DNA from: Lama guanicoe
Taxonomy: Eukaryota
Direction of reading: 5' to 3'
Length of the DNA: 64,000 bases
NCBI GenBank assembly: GCA_013239625.1
Contig: MU055753.1
Coordinates: 3,706,153-3,770,152, forward strand
Shown here: piece by piece, positions 33,652 to 44,789 of the stretch
How positions within the stretch are numbered: position 1 is the first letter of the stretch
How the letters are laid out: each line of letters begins with the position of its first letter
The notes under the pieces: generated by a model
The model's input: the letters and a program-made list of their open reading frames with translations, nothing else
What the model was told of the DNA's origin: nothing
Database searches by the model: none
Position numbers and translations under genes: made by a program

Positions 33652-36600
33652 TCAGCTCAGGATGAAGGCCAGGAGCAGATTTGAGGTCACAATGAGCACA
33701 GGTCCTGGTCCGAGAAGGTGGGGGCCTCCCGAGAGGGCCTCTGTGCGGAGAAGGGAAGACTCACACTCTCCCCCTCACTCTGCCCTGACCCCACCCGCCC
33801 GGCCACCCCAGCCCACCTCGGACGTTGAAGTCCAGAACCAGGTAGCCATTGGGGATGCCGCCATGGAGCCCCAGCCCCAGGCTGTCCAGGTCATCCTGTG
33901 ACTGCCGGGAGATCCAGTCCTGCACAAGGCTGTTCCCCTTCTCAGCCTTCAGGCCCACCAGGTTTGGGCCCAGAAGTTTCTGCACCTCAGCAATGGTCAG
34001 CGGCTGCCAGGGCCCCCAGACGGCAGTCAGGGTCCACTTGCCTTTCCCAGAAGGTTGCTTTCCTCTACTGTGTCCAAACCACCCACCCCATGCCTCCCCA
34101 TCCAGACCCTGCCTTGGCCCCTCCAGACTTTGGAGAGGGCCTTGGCTACCCCTCAAAGGCCCCACCCCTGGATGCCCCCCTTCTCTGTGGTTGTACCAGC
34201 ACAGCCTCTGTCTGCAGCTTCTTGAACGTGGCCAGGTCCATGTTTATGTTCTGCTGACTGAGAGCCCGCAGGTCCTCCATGGGGGCCCCACCTGCCCATG
34301 GGAGAAGGCCCTCTAAGTATGAGAGCTTGCAACAGCCCCTAGTCTCACCCTCTGACCACAGGCTACCAGAAGCCACTTCCTTTCCTGAGAGTTTTCCCAA
34401 AAATTCCTTTGCCTGGTGACCACCTGACCCTCTGGGTTGGAAGAAAGGCTGGAGGTGCCCAAAACTCACAGGATCTCAGCCTATACACACTTGGAGGGAC
34501 ACAGGGTACACTTTGGTCACACGGCCAACAGGCTGCCCAGTGAGGGGGGAACCTGGCAGCATGGATGCGGGAGCTTCAGGCATCACCCTCCCCTCCCCAG
34601 CCATGTCCTCCCTGGCTCACCCAGGTAGGGCTTGATATTCTCAAAGTATTCAGACCCTGTCATGTTCTTGAAGACAATGCGGGCCTTGGGATAGAGGACG
34701 GCTATCTGCTGTGGGCTGCATGCATCCAGGTCCTGCGGCCTGGTCACCCTGGGGAGGTAGCACAGGGCCAGGCAGTGAGCTGGGAGCATGGCACGCCCAC
34801 CACACCTGAAAGAGCCCTGGACTCACCAGACAACATTGAGGCTCATGGAGCCCAGCTGCTCAGGGCTGAGAAGGCACAGGTAGGTAGGGTGGAGAGTGGC
34901 CAGGGTCTCCAGGGTGGCCTTGTCCAGCTGGCCCCCTCTCACTACATAGCGGGCAATCAGGGCAGCCACCTGTGGGAAGAGGCCACTAGGTGGCTTGGGG
35001 CAGCGAGAGATGTATCCCCTTGGACCTGCACAACCTCACATGCTGTGTCTGCCCCTCCCCACCCTGGTAGATGGTCACCTGAGCATCCATCTTGTGTCCT
35101 TTGCTGACTTCGAGCAGAGATTTCACAGTCTCCAGGGATGTCACATTCCACTTGTAGATGTCCTCAGGGGTGACCGAAAGGAAGAAGTACCTCAGGTGCT
35201 GGATCAGGGACTCTGGGTATCCCTGTGGGTAGAACTTCCCCAGAAAGTGACCATGAGGGCCACAGCCACTCCCCGGGCAGCTGGGAAAGCCGAGCTATGG
35301 CAGGCAGGTGGGAGCCCGAGTCCTGAACTACCTTGTCCAATTTGCGCTTAAAAATGTGGAGATGCTGGTAGGTGAAAGGTATCAAGTTCACCCGGTCCAT
35401 CTGAGCAGCCAGCAGGGCCCCGTCCACACAGGCCTCCAGCTCCCACTCCTCGTAGAAGACGAGTTTTTCATCCACCACTTGGGCTTTCCGCCCCGGGGGG
35501 CAGGCCTTCTCTGCAGGGGTAGGCAGGGGGTTGGGGACTGGGCTTCTCCCATCAACCTCTTCCTCCCACACCCACACTGAGACCCTGGGCAACACATGAC
35601 CTCTCCGGGTCTCAGTTTATGCATCAGCAAAATGGGGTGTTTCTGTTCACTCTCTTGGGTCATCATGATTGACAAGAAGGGCCACAGGCGCAGGCAGGTG
35701 AGACATCACATGCCAGCCCCCACCCTACATCTTCTGACGCCCAATGGGGCTGGGCACTGTGCTCACTCTCTGTGCCCCGCCAGGCCCTTGGGATGATGAC
35801 AGTCAGCTCAGGCTGTGGCCAGGACTGGTCCCGGGAGGTGTGCTGCAGCCATGGGGTCGTGAGGCCCTGAGAACAAAGCAGCGCTGGGACTGAGCAGAGA
35901 AGCCTGGCGCTCAAGGACCCCCACCCAGGGCCAGAAAACCCTCTTTGATTCCCCAGAGGGGCCTTACCAATCCCGTGTCTGCAGCCTGGGCCCTGGAAGG
36001 TAACATCCACCCTGCAGGGGACGGCACACCAGGCTCAAGGGGATGGCCAGGGACTTCTAGCAATGCCTGCTGCAGTCCCCCACCCTGGCGAGGAAGGAGA
36101 CAAAGCTGGCCCCTCCCAGCCCCGTGCACACCCCATGGGTGTAGAAGCAGAGGGTTAGGCCCCTGCACCCCACGATATCACGTCCTGCAACACCACACCA
36201 GGGAGCACAGGCCTCCTCCTGGGGCCTCGCTGCTCAGGGCAGTCAGACACCTGTCTCATGGGCACCTTCAGTTTGGCCTGTGCCCCCATCACCACCCTGC
36301 CTCAACCTCCAACCCCGTAGGTCACCGCAGTCCAGCATGGGTGCCGGACATAGTCACCTCTCAGGGCAGAGATATGGCTGACAGCCTACCTGGGACTTGA
36401 GGCACCTGATGAGATTCAGGACACTTGTCTGGGCTCAGGGCACCTAATTAGATTCAGAGCATCTGCCCAGGATTCGAGGCACCTGCCTAGGGCAGGGTTG
36501 GGGGGCACTGTCCACAGCCAGGGAAGGAGGCATAGAGCAGGTAGCGCCTTTCCTAAGGCCCCGAGCCCTAGGGACCCACAGCTACCCTTGGACGCTCTCT

Positions 36601-36726
36601 GGCACTCCAGTATTTTGCCACAGCTCATCATCATTACTCACCGAGGCCTAGAAGCAGGAGCAGGAGGCTGCCATGAGTTGAGGTCCCATAGGACTCCAGT
36701 GGGGTTCGAGCAGTCTGCAAGGCCAT
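33652..36726 (-). CDS. MSLN: Mesothelin, short 401-aa form lacking the MPF-encoding exons 4-9
   Basis: Exons (- strand): 36726-36642 (MALQTARTPLESYGTSTHGSLLLLLLGLG), 36011-35968, 35866-35767, 35510-35332 (KACPPGRKAQVVDEKLVFYEEWELEACVDGALL), 35234-35079, 34969-34827, 34748-34621, 34291-34197, 34003-33817 (GLHGGIPNGYLVLD), 33740-33652 (GPI signal); 1206 nt in frame. AATAAA on - at 33555-33560. Confidence 0.94.
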
Positions 36727-39140
36727 GGTCTGTGAAGGACAGCCACTCTGATGTCCCCACTACTTCCCATCCCCACCGCTTCCCTGCACCCACGATACTG
36801 CCCCAGGCCAGTGTGGGGCCTTGTGGGGCTGCAGGGGTCTCAGGGCCCTGGAGGGCTACCAGCTCAAACCTTCACAGGCCTCCCCAGCAGTGGCAGTGTC
36901 TGTGTGTGTGGCCTCTGGCCCTCCTCTCAGGACCAATCAGCCTGCCTGGCCCGCCTCCTCCGGGAAACCTGCCCTTCTGCCAGGGGGGTCAGGTCTGAGT
37001 CAGCCTGGCCCTCAGCTGTGGGAGCCCAGGCGGGCGCCCATCCTCTCTCCCCATGGGGCAGGGCGGGAGAGTTTCGTGTGCAAGGAAGCAAGGCCTGGCT
37101 GGCCTTGGTGTCCCCACCCCAAGCAGAGGGACAGAGCAGTTTGGGGGCTGGGGGTCACGCTGACCCCTCAACCTGCAGCATGGCTGTCCTCCCCACCCAC
37201 CCACAGCCACAGGTGCCTGGCTTTGTGTAATCCCAGGGCCCTCCTAGGTAGACGAGGCTGCCACAGCCCACCTGCCATCCTGGTTTCCCTTCTGAGGTTC
37301 TTCCGGAAACAGAGGCCTGGACCAGTGTGAGTGGAAGATGGCTGGGGTGCTGCTCCCTAAAGAGGGGGGCTTGCAGGAAACCAAACCACCTTCCACTCTT
37401 GCCCTCCCAGAGAGACCCAGAGAGGGAGGCCGCCTACAGCCAAGTGCAGTGGAGCCATACCCTCCCCCAAACCTTCACCAAGGCCTGTGTCGGGCCCCAC
37501 CCCAGCTCAGAAATGGGGGAGGGGCATGTTTATGTCTCAGCAACCGCTTTCAGCCAGGCAAAGAGCCCAGCCTGGGGGAGTGCCCTGAAGAATGGGCCGC
37601 TGACTGGGGCCCCTACCTGTGGGGTGGGTGAGGCCAGGCAAAGGCTGTGCAGCCCCTGCTGTCTTCTCTCAGCCACTACCCCCATCCCATGTAACCAGGG
37701 ACCCCCCTAGTGCCCTAGCTGGGGTCTCCCACTATAGGCCCTGGAATCTGCAACCTACCCCCAGGTAGGCCAGATTGGGCCACAGACACACCTCAGCTGT
37801 CTTGGAGCTGCAGCTTCCAGAGTAACCCAGGTGTGACCTGCAGAAGCCACATCTGTTTCGGCCAGTCTAGGGCAGGCATATTTGTGTGACAAGGGAACAG
37901 TCCCCTATGGCACTCTGTCTCCTTATGCAAGTCTGCTCTGATGCTTCCCTTTCTGGGCCTGGGATGGTCCCATCTCCAACCCTGAGCCCTCCAAGACCAG
38001 TATTCCCCTGGCCCCCTGTCACTCATTAACCACCTCATACTCGCTGAGTGCCTATTGTGTGCTGGGCCCTACACGGATGCTGATACACACGGGGGTAGGT
38101 GATTCAAGCCCTATCCAGGACCTGGGGGTGGGGCCTGCCACAGAGAGGGCTGGCCCTGCTCCTGCCCTCCTATCCCTGCCCTGCTAGCCTGTGGGATCTG
38201 GCATCTGAGTGGACCACCAGCTCAACAGAGTGGTGTGAGATAGAGGTAGCTGTGACTGTGACAGAGGAATGGTCAGCTCCAACCCCCGAGCCCAGGGGTC
38301 ATCAGCTCATAGCCTCCAGCAGGTGTGCAGCTGCAGGACACTGGCTGAAGCTCTCTCCCGCCCCACTTGTCCCACCCACCTCCAGAACCTCCCACCCCAG
38401 CTTAACCACAGTCCCCAAAGTCTGGCCTTCAAATGATGGAAAATGAATTCAGACCACATTCCCTGCCAGCTTCAGGTTCCTCTGGTGAGGGTGGGCAGGG
38501 GCATGGATCACAGATTTAGGGTCTTGGACACAGGGTCATTTTATCTGCCTTAAGCACAGAGATGTTGTGTGGCCAGCCTGGGGTCACACAGCATGTCAGG
38601 AGTAGCTAGGGCTAGAGTAGAGTTGACCCTGAGGGCACTGCCCTCTGAGAACAGGGGAGGTGATCCTCACTGCTCCCCAAGTGCAGTGGGAACAAGGGAG
38701 GGGGCATACAGAGGGGGCAGGGGTGGGGTTTCCCCACCACCCCAGCCTGCTTGTGTGGGGCTGGACAGGGTCCCCTGCAGGGTGGGTCCCAGTACCAGCC
38801 TCCACTTAATCCCTGCTCCTACCCAGAGCTGCTTGACTAAAGGTGCTGACAGAGGTGTCCCCCACTCCCCTTCCCAAGCCTGCCCTCCCATGTGACCCCA
38901 CTCCACACGGATGAGGCCATGGTCATGAGCCTGGACCCTGGGCTAAGAGCTCCCAATCACCTCCACAGGATCTGGGGGACCCTGCTTGTGGGGACTCTGA
39001 TGTTCCAGGGTGATCAGCCAACTCTGAGCCTCCTCTGATTCAGTTTCGTCAACTGGGAAGCAAGAGGCTGGCAGCCTCTGAGGTCTGTCAAGGCAAACAA
39101 ATGAGGCACTGGCCGGCAGCTGGGAGTGCCAGTACTCAGG

Positions 39141-39160
39141 CCACAGGAATGTGTGGGAGG
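39141..39160 (-). promoter_or_regulatory. MSLN: MSLN promoter Canscript-like element (GC/GT box plus MCAT/TEAD site)
   Basis: The - strand reads CCTCCCACACATTCCTGTGG, matching the human MSLN Canscript as I recall it. A forkhead-like TGTTTGC lies at about 39093-39099 and a probable non-coding exon-1 donor (gtgatt) at 38955-38960. Confidence 0.75.
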
Positions 39161-41987
39161 ATGGAGACCTGGGGAGGGATGTGGGGTGGAGAGCTGCCTC
39201 TGCCTCTCCCACTGTGGGCGGGTGTGGGAGCCCCGGGCAGATTGACCCACGTACCAGGTGTGTGTAGAGCCACGCCCTTGCCGCTTAGGGTCTTACTCTC
39301 CCATTTCTCAGGTGGGGAAACTGAGGCTCGGTGCTGCAGGGAGGTCACAATCACACAGCAAGGCAAGGTGTGTTCTCCCTGCTGGTGCCATGAGAGTCTC
39401 CGTCGGCCACCCCCCAAGCCCAAGGTCAGCAGGTTCGGGGTGGTGGCTACTCAGCCAGAATGTGACTCCCGGGAGCGAGTTCCAGGATCAGGGCTGTTTC
39501 GCCTGCACATCACCATAGGGGTGGTCAGGTGTGGGGCTGAAGGAGCCCACCTACCGAGGTACCGGCTGTCTCCCAGGTGGGAGGTGGAAGCCACCTTCCT
39601 GCTGCTGTGGCTACAAGGTTAGACAATGTGTGTCTTTGTGCTAGCCGGATGCCAGCATCCGCATGCCGATCTGACTTTGCTCCATGGCTTTGGTGTGCAC
39701 CCCGGCAGATGGAGTCGCTGTGACTCCCTCACTGCCCACCCCAACCCTGTGTGCTCCAATATTTTGGTGAACAGGAATCCCCTGTGTGAAGTCTGTCTCT
39801 GCATTTCACATCTGCAAAGGCTTCTGTTGGCTGACCCAAGTATGTACAGCTGCCCCATCTCTGACCTTTTTCCATGAGCTGGGTTTTCTATTATGTGCAG
39901 TGGAGCCAAATGCTAATTGATACAAAATTCAGGAAGGCTGCCAGGTATAAGAACCAACTTACACATAGAGTAAGTGCCCTGGAAGAAAAGTTCCGTTTGC
40001 AGAGAACGACTGAAAACTTCTGGACAAGATGTAAAAAACCAATTCCCTAAGGGCTCTGGGGTATGAAGGAAACAAGACAGATTTCAGGTGGGAATTGATA
40101 CCAGCGTGGGGTGTGTCTCCCTTTGTGTGAGGGGCTTTATTGGGTGGAGCACTTAGACTCCAGCAGAAATCACACCACGTTTCTGGCTGAAGAGAGGAAG
40201 GAGCCCAGAATCCCCAGACAGTAGAGAGTGAATGGAGAACTCTGAAAAAGAGAGAGCCAGAGGAGGGAACCCCAAATTCTGTGCATGGATGCCACCTAGA
40301 CCTCCTGCTGACCCCTGAGCCATGTGTGTGCAGGGCAGACGGGAAACAGCTCAGATTACAAACTGGCCAAGACTGACCTCTGCCCTCCTCGGGGTGGCAG
40401 AGGTTACAGCTCAAGTCTGACTGAGCTCACTGTCCACCAAAACAGAGGCATCAACAGTCTTTGTAGGAATATAACAGAATGCAGTGTCCACACAACAAAA
40501 TAGTCACAACATTTGTGACTTGGCATAGGGAGAGCTGGGAGATTGTGACCCATTCTCCAGGGAAGAGAATCCATGCCAAGTTAAGATAGTTATTAGCATT
40601 ATTAGACAACGAGGGAATGGAAAATTAGCTCTTGTGAATGCCGAGGTAGGAAAAAATGACAGTATTTTCTAAAGAACCAAACAGGAAATATTAAAAATGA
40701 AAAATCTGAAATTTAAAAATTCCCTGGATGGACTTAACCGGATCCATCACTTCCGATTGAGGGTTAGGTGGGAGCTACCCAATTGCACAGGTAAATGGAT
40801 TGTGAGATGTGGCAGTTTCCTCTGTGTCTGCAAGGAGGAACTGCAGTCTGAGCTCAAAAGATACAGCGACTGTGGTGTGCCTGGGAAAGGAGAGGTCATG
40901 TCTGGTTTTAACTCTGATGGCATAAGAAGTATATGAAACACATTATTTTTGTTGTTGTTAAGATGACGGTAAAGCATTATATGTTTTGCCAGTAAGTTCT
41001 GTTCTCCCTTGTAATGTTAGGTTGACTTTGTTAAGAGACATTATCAAGTTAGAAGCAAAAGGTGAATTCCAAAGGCATCTGGCGTTCAATGACTCAGATT
41101 AAAGGAAGCTCTTCTCTGTGTATATCCTAACATTGAATTCTACACTTCAAATGGGTAAGTTACATAGTGTGGAAATTCTATCTCAGGGAAGCTGTTTTTG
41201 AAAGACAAGCCAAAGACTTGAACAGACACTTTACAAAAGAAGTTAACGGTAAATGGTCAATCAGCTCATGAGAAGATGCCCAACTCCACCACTCCCTGGG
41301 GAGATGCAAATCAAATCCACAAGGAGACACATACCCACCAGAATGACAACATTTAAAGGCACTGACAAGGCCAAGTGTGTCACGGATGTGGGACGGTTGG
41401 GAGTCTCAAACCCTGCTGGCGGGAGCACAAGGTAATATGGGCACTTCTGTTTGGCATTTTCTTACGAAGCTAAACATACAATTAACCATACAACTTAGCC
41501 ATTCTCCTCCTAAGTAACTGGTCCAGAGAAACAAATAAGTGCACAGAAAGACTTGTACATGAATATTCCTAGCAACTCTACTTACAATACCAAAATGGGG
41601 AAAAACAACTTCCCATCAATAGATAAATAAACAAAACATGGTATATTCACATGATGCCGTCCTAGTCAGCAGTAAGAAAGAACAAACTACTGATGTGAGG
41701 AGGATGAATTTCAAAATCATCATGCTGACTGAAAGAGGCTGACATCAAAGAGGACGTGATGTATGATTCTGTTTCTATAAAAATGTTAAACAGCAAACTA
41801 ATCTATTATGACAAAAAGCACATCAGTGGTGGCCAGGGGCCAGGCAGCTTCATCAAAATTAAGGATTCCTGTTCATAGGAGTAAGCAGGGAGGAAACTTT
41901 TGGGGGTGATGGAAATGTTCTGTGTCTTCACTGGGGGGAGATTTCATGGGGTGTGTAACCACCCAAGCTCTTTGGACTGTGCACTTT

Positions 41988-42118
41988 TTTAAAAATGTTA
42001 TTTGTAGGGGGCAGTAACTAGGTTTATTTATTTATTTTAAATAGAGGCACTGGGGATTGAACCCAGGACCTTGAGCTTACTAAGCACATGCTCTACTGCT
42101 GAGCTATACCCTCCCCCC
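41988..42118 (-). mobile_element. Vic-1-like tRNA-derived SINE with target-site duplication
   Basis: A and B boxes on - (tagctcagcagtagag, ggttcaatcccc); 15-bp TSD tggactgt(g/a)cacttt at 41973-41987 and 42119-42133. Confidence 0.85.
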
Positions 42119-42408
42119 TGGACTGTACACTTTAAATGGATGCCTTCATTGTGCATAAATTATACCAGAAAACATTGATTTGAAAATCAATAGCATAACA
42201 AGTGTTGGCAAGGATGTGGAGAAATTGTTACATTGTGCATTGCTTGTAGGAATGTAAAATGGTGCAGGGGCTGTAGAAAACAGTCTGGTAGTTCATCAAA
42301 AACTTAAGCACAGAATAACCACATGACCCAGCAATTTAAGATACACCCCAAAGATTTGGAAACAGGGACTGAAACAGATAACCTGTGCACCCACGTTCAT
42401 AGCAGTGT

Positions 42409-42541
42409 NNNNNNNNNNNNNNNNNNNNNNNNNNNNNNNNNNNNNNNNNNNNNNNNNNNNNNNNNNNNNNNNNNNNNNNNNNNNNNNNNNNNNNNNNNNN
42501 NNNNNNNNNNNNNNNNNNNNNNNNNNNNNNNNNNNNNNNNN
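42409..42541. other. Assembly gap (133 N)
   Basis: Run of N. Confidence 1.
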
Positions 42542-42605
42542 CACCGTGGATGAACCTTGAAAACATCATGCTCAGTGGAAGAAATCAGATACACAAGAGT
42601 GGTCA

Positions 42606-42722
42606 GGGGAGGGTACAGTGCAGTGGTAGAGTGTGTGCTCAGCATGCACAAGGTCCTTGGTTCAATCCCCAGTACCTCATTAAATAAATAAATAAAACCT
42701 AATATCTGGCCCCCCCAAAAAA
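42606..42722 (+). mobile_element. Vic-1-like tRNA-derived SINE inserted in L1
   Basis: ggggagggtacagtgcagtggtagagtgtgtgctcagcatgcacaaggtccttggttcaatccccagtacctc followed by (taaa)n. Confidence 0.85.
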
Positions 42723-44789
42723 TTATGGTGTGATTCCATTTATATGAAATGTCCACATTAGGGAAACCCATAGAGACAGAAAGTATAACAGAGGTTACCA
42801 GGGAGGCAAGGGAAGTGGGAGTTATTGTTTATTGGGTGCAGTTTCTGTTTCAGAAGATGAAAAAAGTTCTGGAAATTGGTGGTGGTGATGGTTACATAAC
42901 ATTGCAAATGTACTTAACCATCACTGAATTGTACACCTAAAAATTATTACAATGTAATTATTTATGTGTATTTTACCACAATAAAACATCAATAGCATTC
43001 CTGTCTGTCAGCAATCAGAACAAATTTAATAGGAAAATGTATAATTTCTAATAACAATGAAATCCACAAAGTAGATTCATAGAAATCAGCCTATCTGATA
43101 ACAAAGAATTTTTTATGGAACAACCCAGCATGATAAAGTGTCAGTTCCCCTGACATTATCCTATAGTCAATTCAACCCTAACAGTCAATTCAACCCTAGG
43201 AGAATTGTTTTTCAAGAACTCAACAGATTCATTGAACATACAGGGAATAAATATCCATGAACTAAACAGAAGAGGCAAGCTGCCAGACATTAAGACACCG
43301 CCACAGTGATTAAGATAGAAACAAAGGCACAGTCTACAGATTTCAAGGAAAATACACCCTGCGCACATGGAGCTTCACTCATGGAAAAGGTGGCTCTGCA
43401 GAGCAGTGTCGGGGGAGGGACAGATCCACAGGACCGATGGTGTTGGAAAATGGGACGCCCTGAGTGAAGAAAAGTAAAGCAAGAGCCCTTGTTTACATCA
43501 GACAAGTTGGATACCGGGTGCATTAAAGACCTGTATACCACCGAGGGGACTAGATGGGCAGAGAAAGGAGGGCCTGAGGAACGCAGGGAGATGTGGAGAC
43601 CTTCCACAACAGAACCTGCCCTGAACTGGTGGGTGAACGTGACGTCACTGGAGTTAAGGATTCCTATGCAATAAACAAATCGGCAGCTAACAGGCAGCTG
43701 TCAGAAGGAGAGAAGAGATGTCTAACAGCTGACAATGCCGTGTGTGGTTCAGAAACTGGGAGGACACGTGAAGAACCGCACATCAACAAGAAAAGCCAGA
43801 AACCGATAGGAAGGGGGCCCAGGAGGCAAGCAGGAATTCTCAGGAGATTGAGGAGCTAGAGGCTTGTGAAGCCAGCTTCAACTTTTGCAGGAACCCTAGA
43901 AATTCGAACTCAAAACAGGAGATTTACAAAATTCAAAAGGTGGATCACAGCAGGTGTTGGTGACCATATGCTGAGACAAACCCAGCAATAGATTTTTTTC
44001 CTAATATGCAAAAGTATGTGATGCTCTTTAAAGAAATGTAAGAAAATGTGGAAAGATGACAGTTGCCCTGGTTCCCACCTCCTGCCCAGTCCCTGCAGCC
44101 CACTGGGGGAGCCCCTCTAGACTTTCCTCATGGTGCAGTCCTGGTGCACAGCCCACCTCCTGCTCGCCTACCCATCATGCACTCCCCCTGCCTGTCCTGT
44201 CAGGAGTTGCCCTCCAGCTACCCTTGGCTTGTTCACCATTTTTGAGTGAACAAAACAATTTAGGGGCTGTTTATTCTGCAATTAAAAAAAAGAAAAGCTT
44301 TTTGCGTTTTTTTCCACCTGGCTGAGCCTGCTCCCATCAGGGCACCTCCAGCCACACCTAAGAAGTGGGATAAATAATCTCTTCTGGCTTGGCTGTTTCC
44401 ATTGCCAGTGTAGACCCATGTAGCTCTGATCCAGTAATCCCCATGAAGCCAAGGGCAGCCAGCTAGGTCTCCTGGCAGGACCCACATTCCCAGGGGACAG
44501 GAGCCGTGCCCAAAGCTCAGTAGGTTGGCTCCTGCTCCGATTTCTCAAAATAAAAAAACCTGTCCCCCAGTCTGGGCAAAATAGAAAAGGGGACCAGAGT
44601 CCGCTGGCTTGGAGCCTGGGGCAGACATACAGTGGGCCTCTGCTCCAGGTCACCACTTCCTAACCCTAACTCAGCTGGTTCTGCTGGCTGTGTGCTTGAG
44701 TGTGCTGGCCGAGGATGGGGCTGGGGGTGCAGAAGGCCGTGGGGCTGCCATTTGCCCAACTGCCTCCTGTTCCTCATGCCTGGCTGCCC

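Larger units (their letters stand above)
40300..43950 (+). mobile_element. Cluster of old nested L1 (L1M-type) fragments, mostly 3' ends and ORF2 remnants
   Basis: Sharp AT enrichment and classic L1 3' strings (gagatgcaaatcaaatccacaagga, caagtgttggcaaggatgtggagaaatt, catgacccagcaat, gatgaaccttgaaaacatcatgctcagtg, gtgatggttacataacattg). Boundaries are approximate. Confidence 0.8.

Noticed and set aside
33652-36726. MSLN as a pseudogene
   Set aside because: All ten remaining exons are in frame with canonical splice sites, and the signal peptide, GPI signal, promoter element and polyA site are intact. Only the acceptor at 35235 (ggggaag) is weak.
43165-43198. Short direct duplications (43165-43198, 47564-47590, 51616-51640, 33476-33505)
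   Set aside because: Two-copy slippage products with no sign of function.
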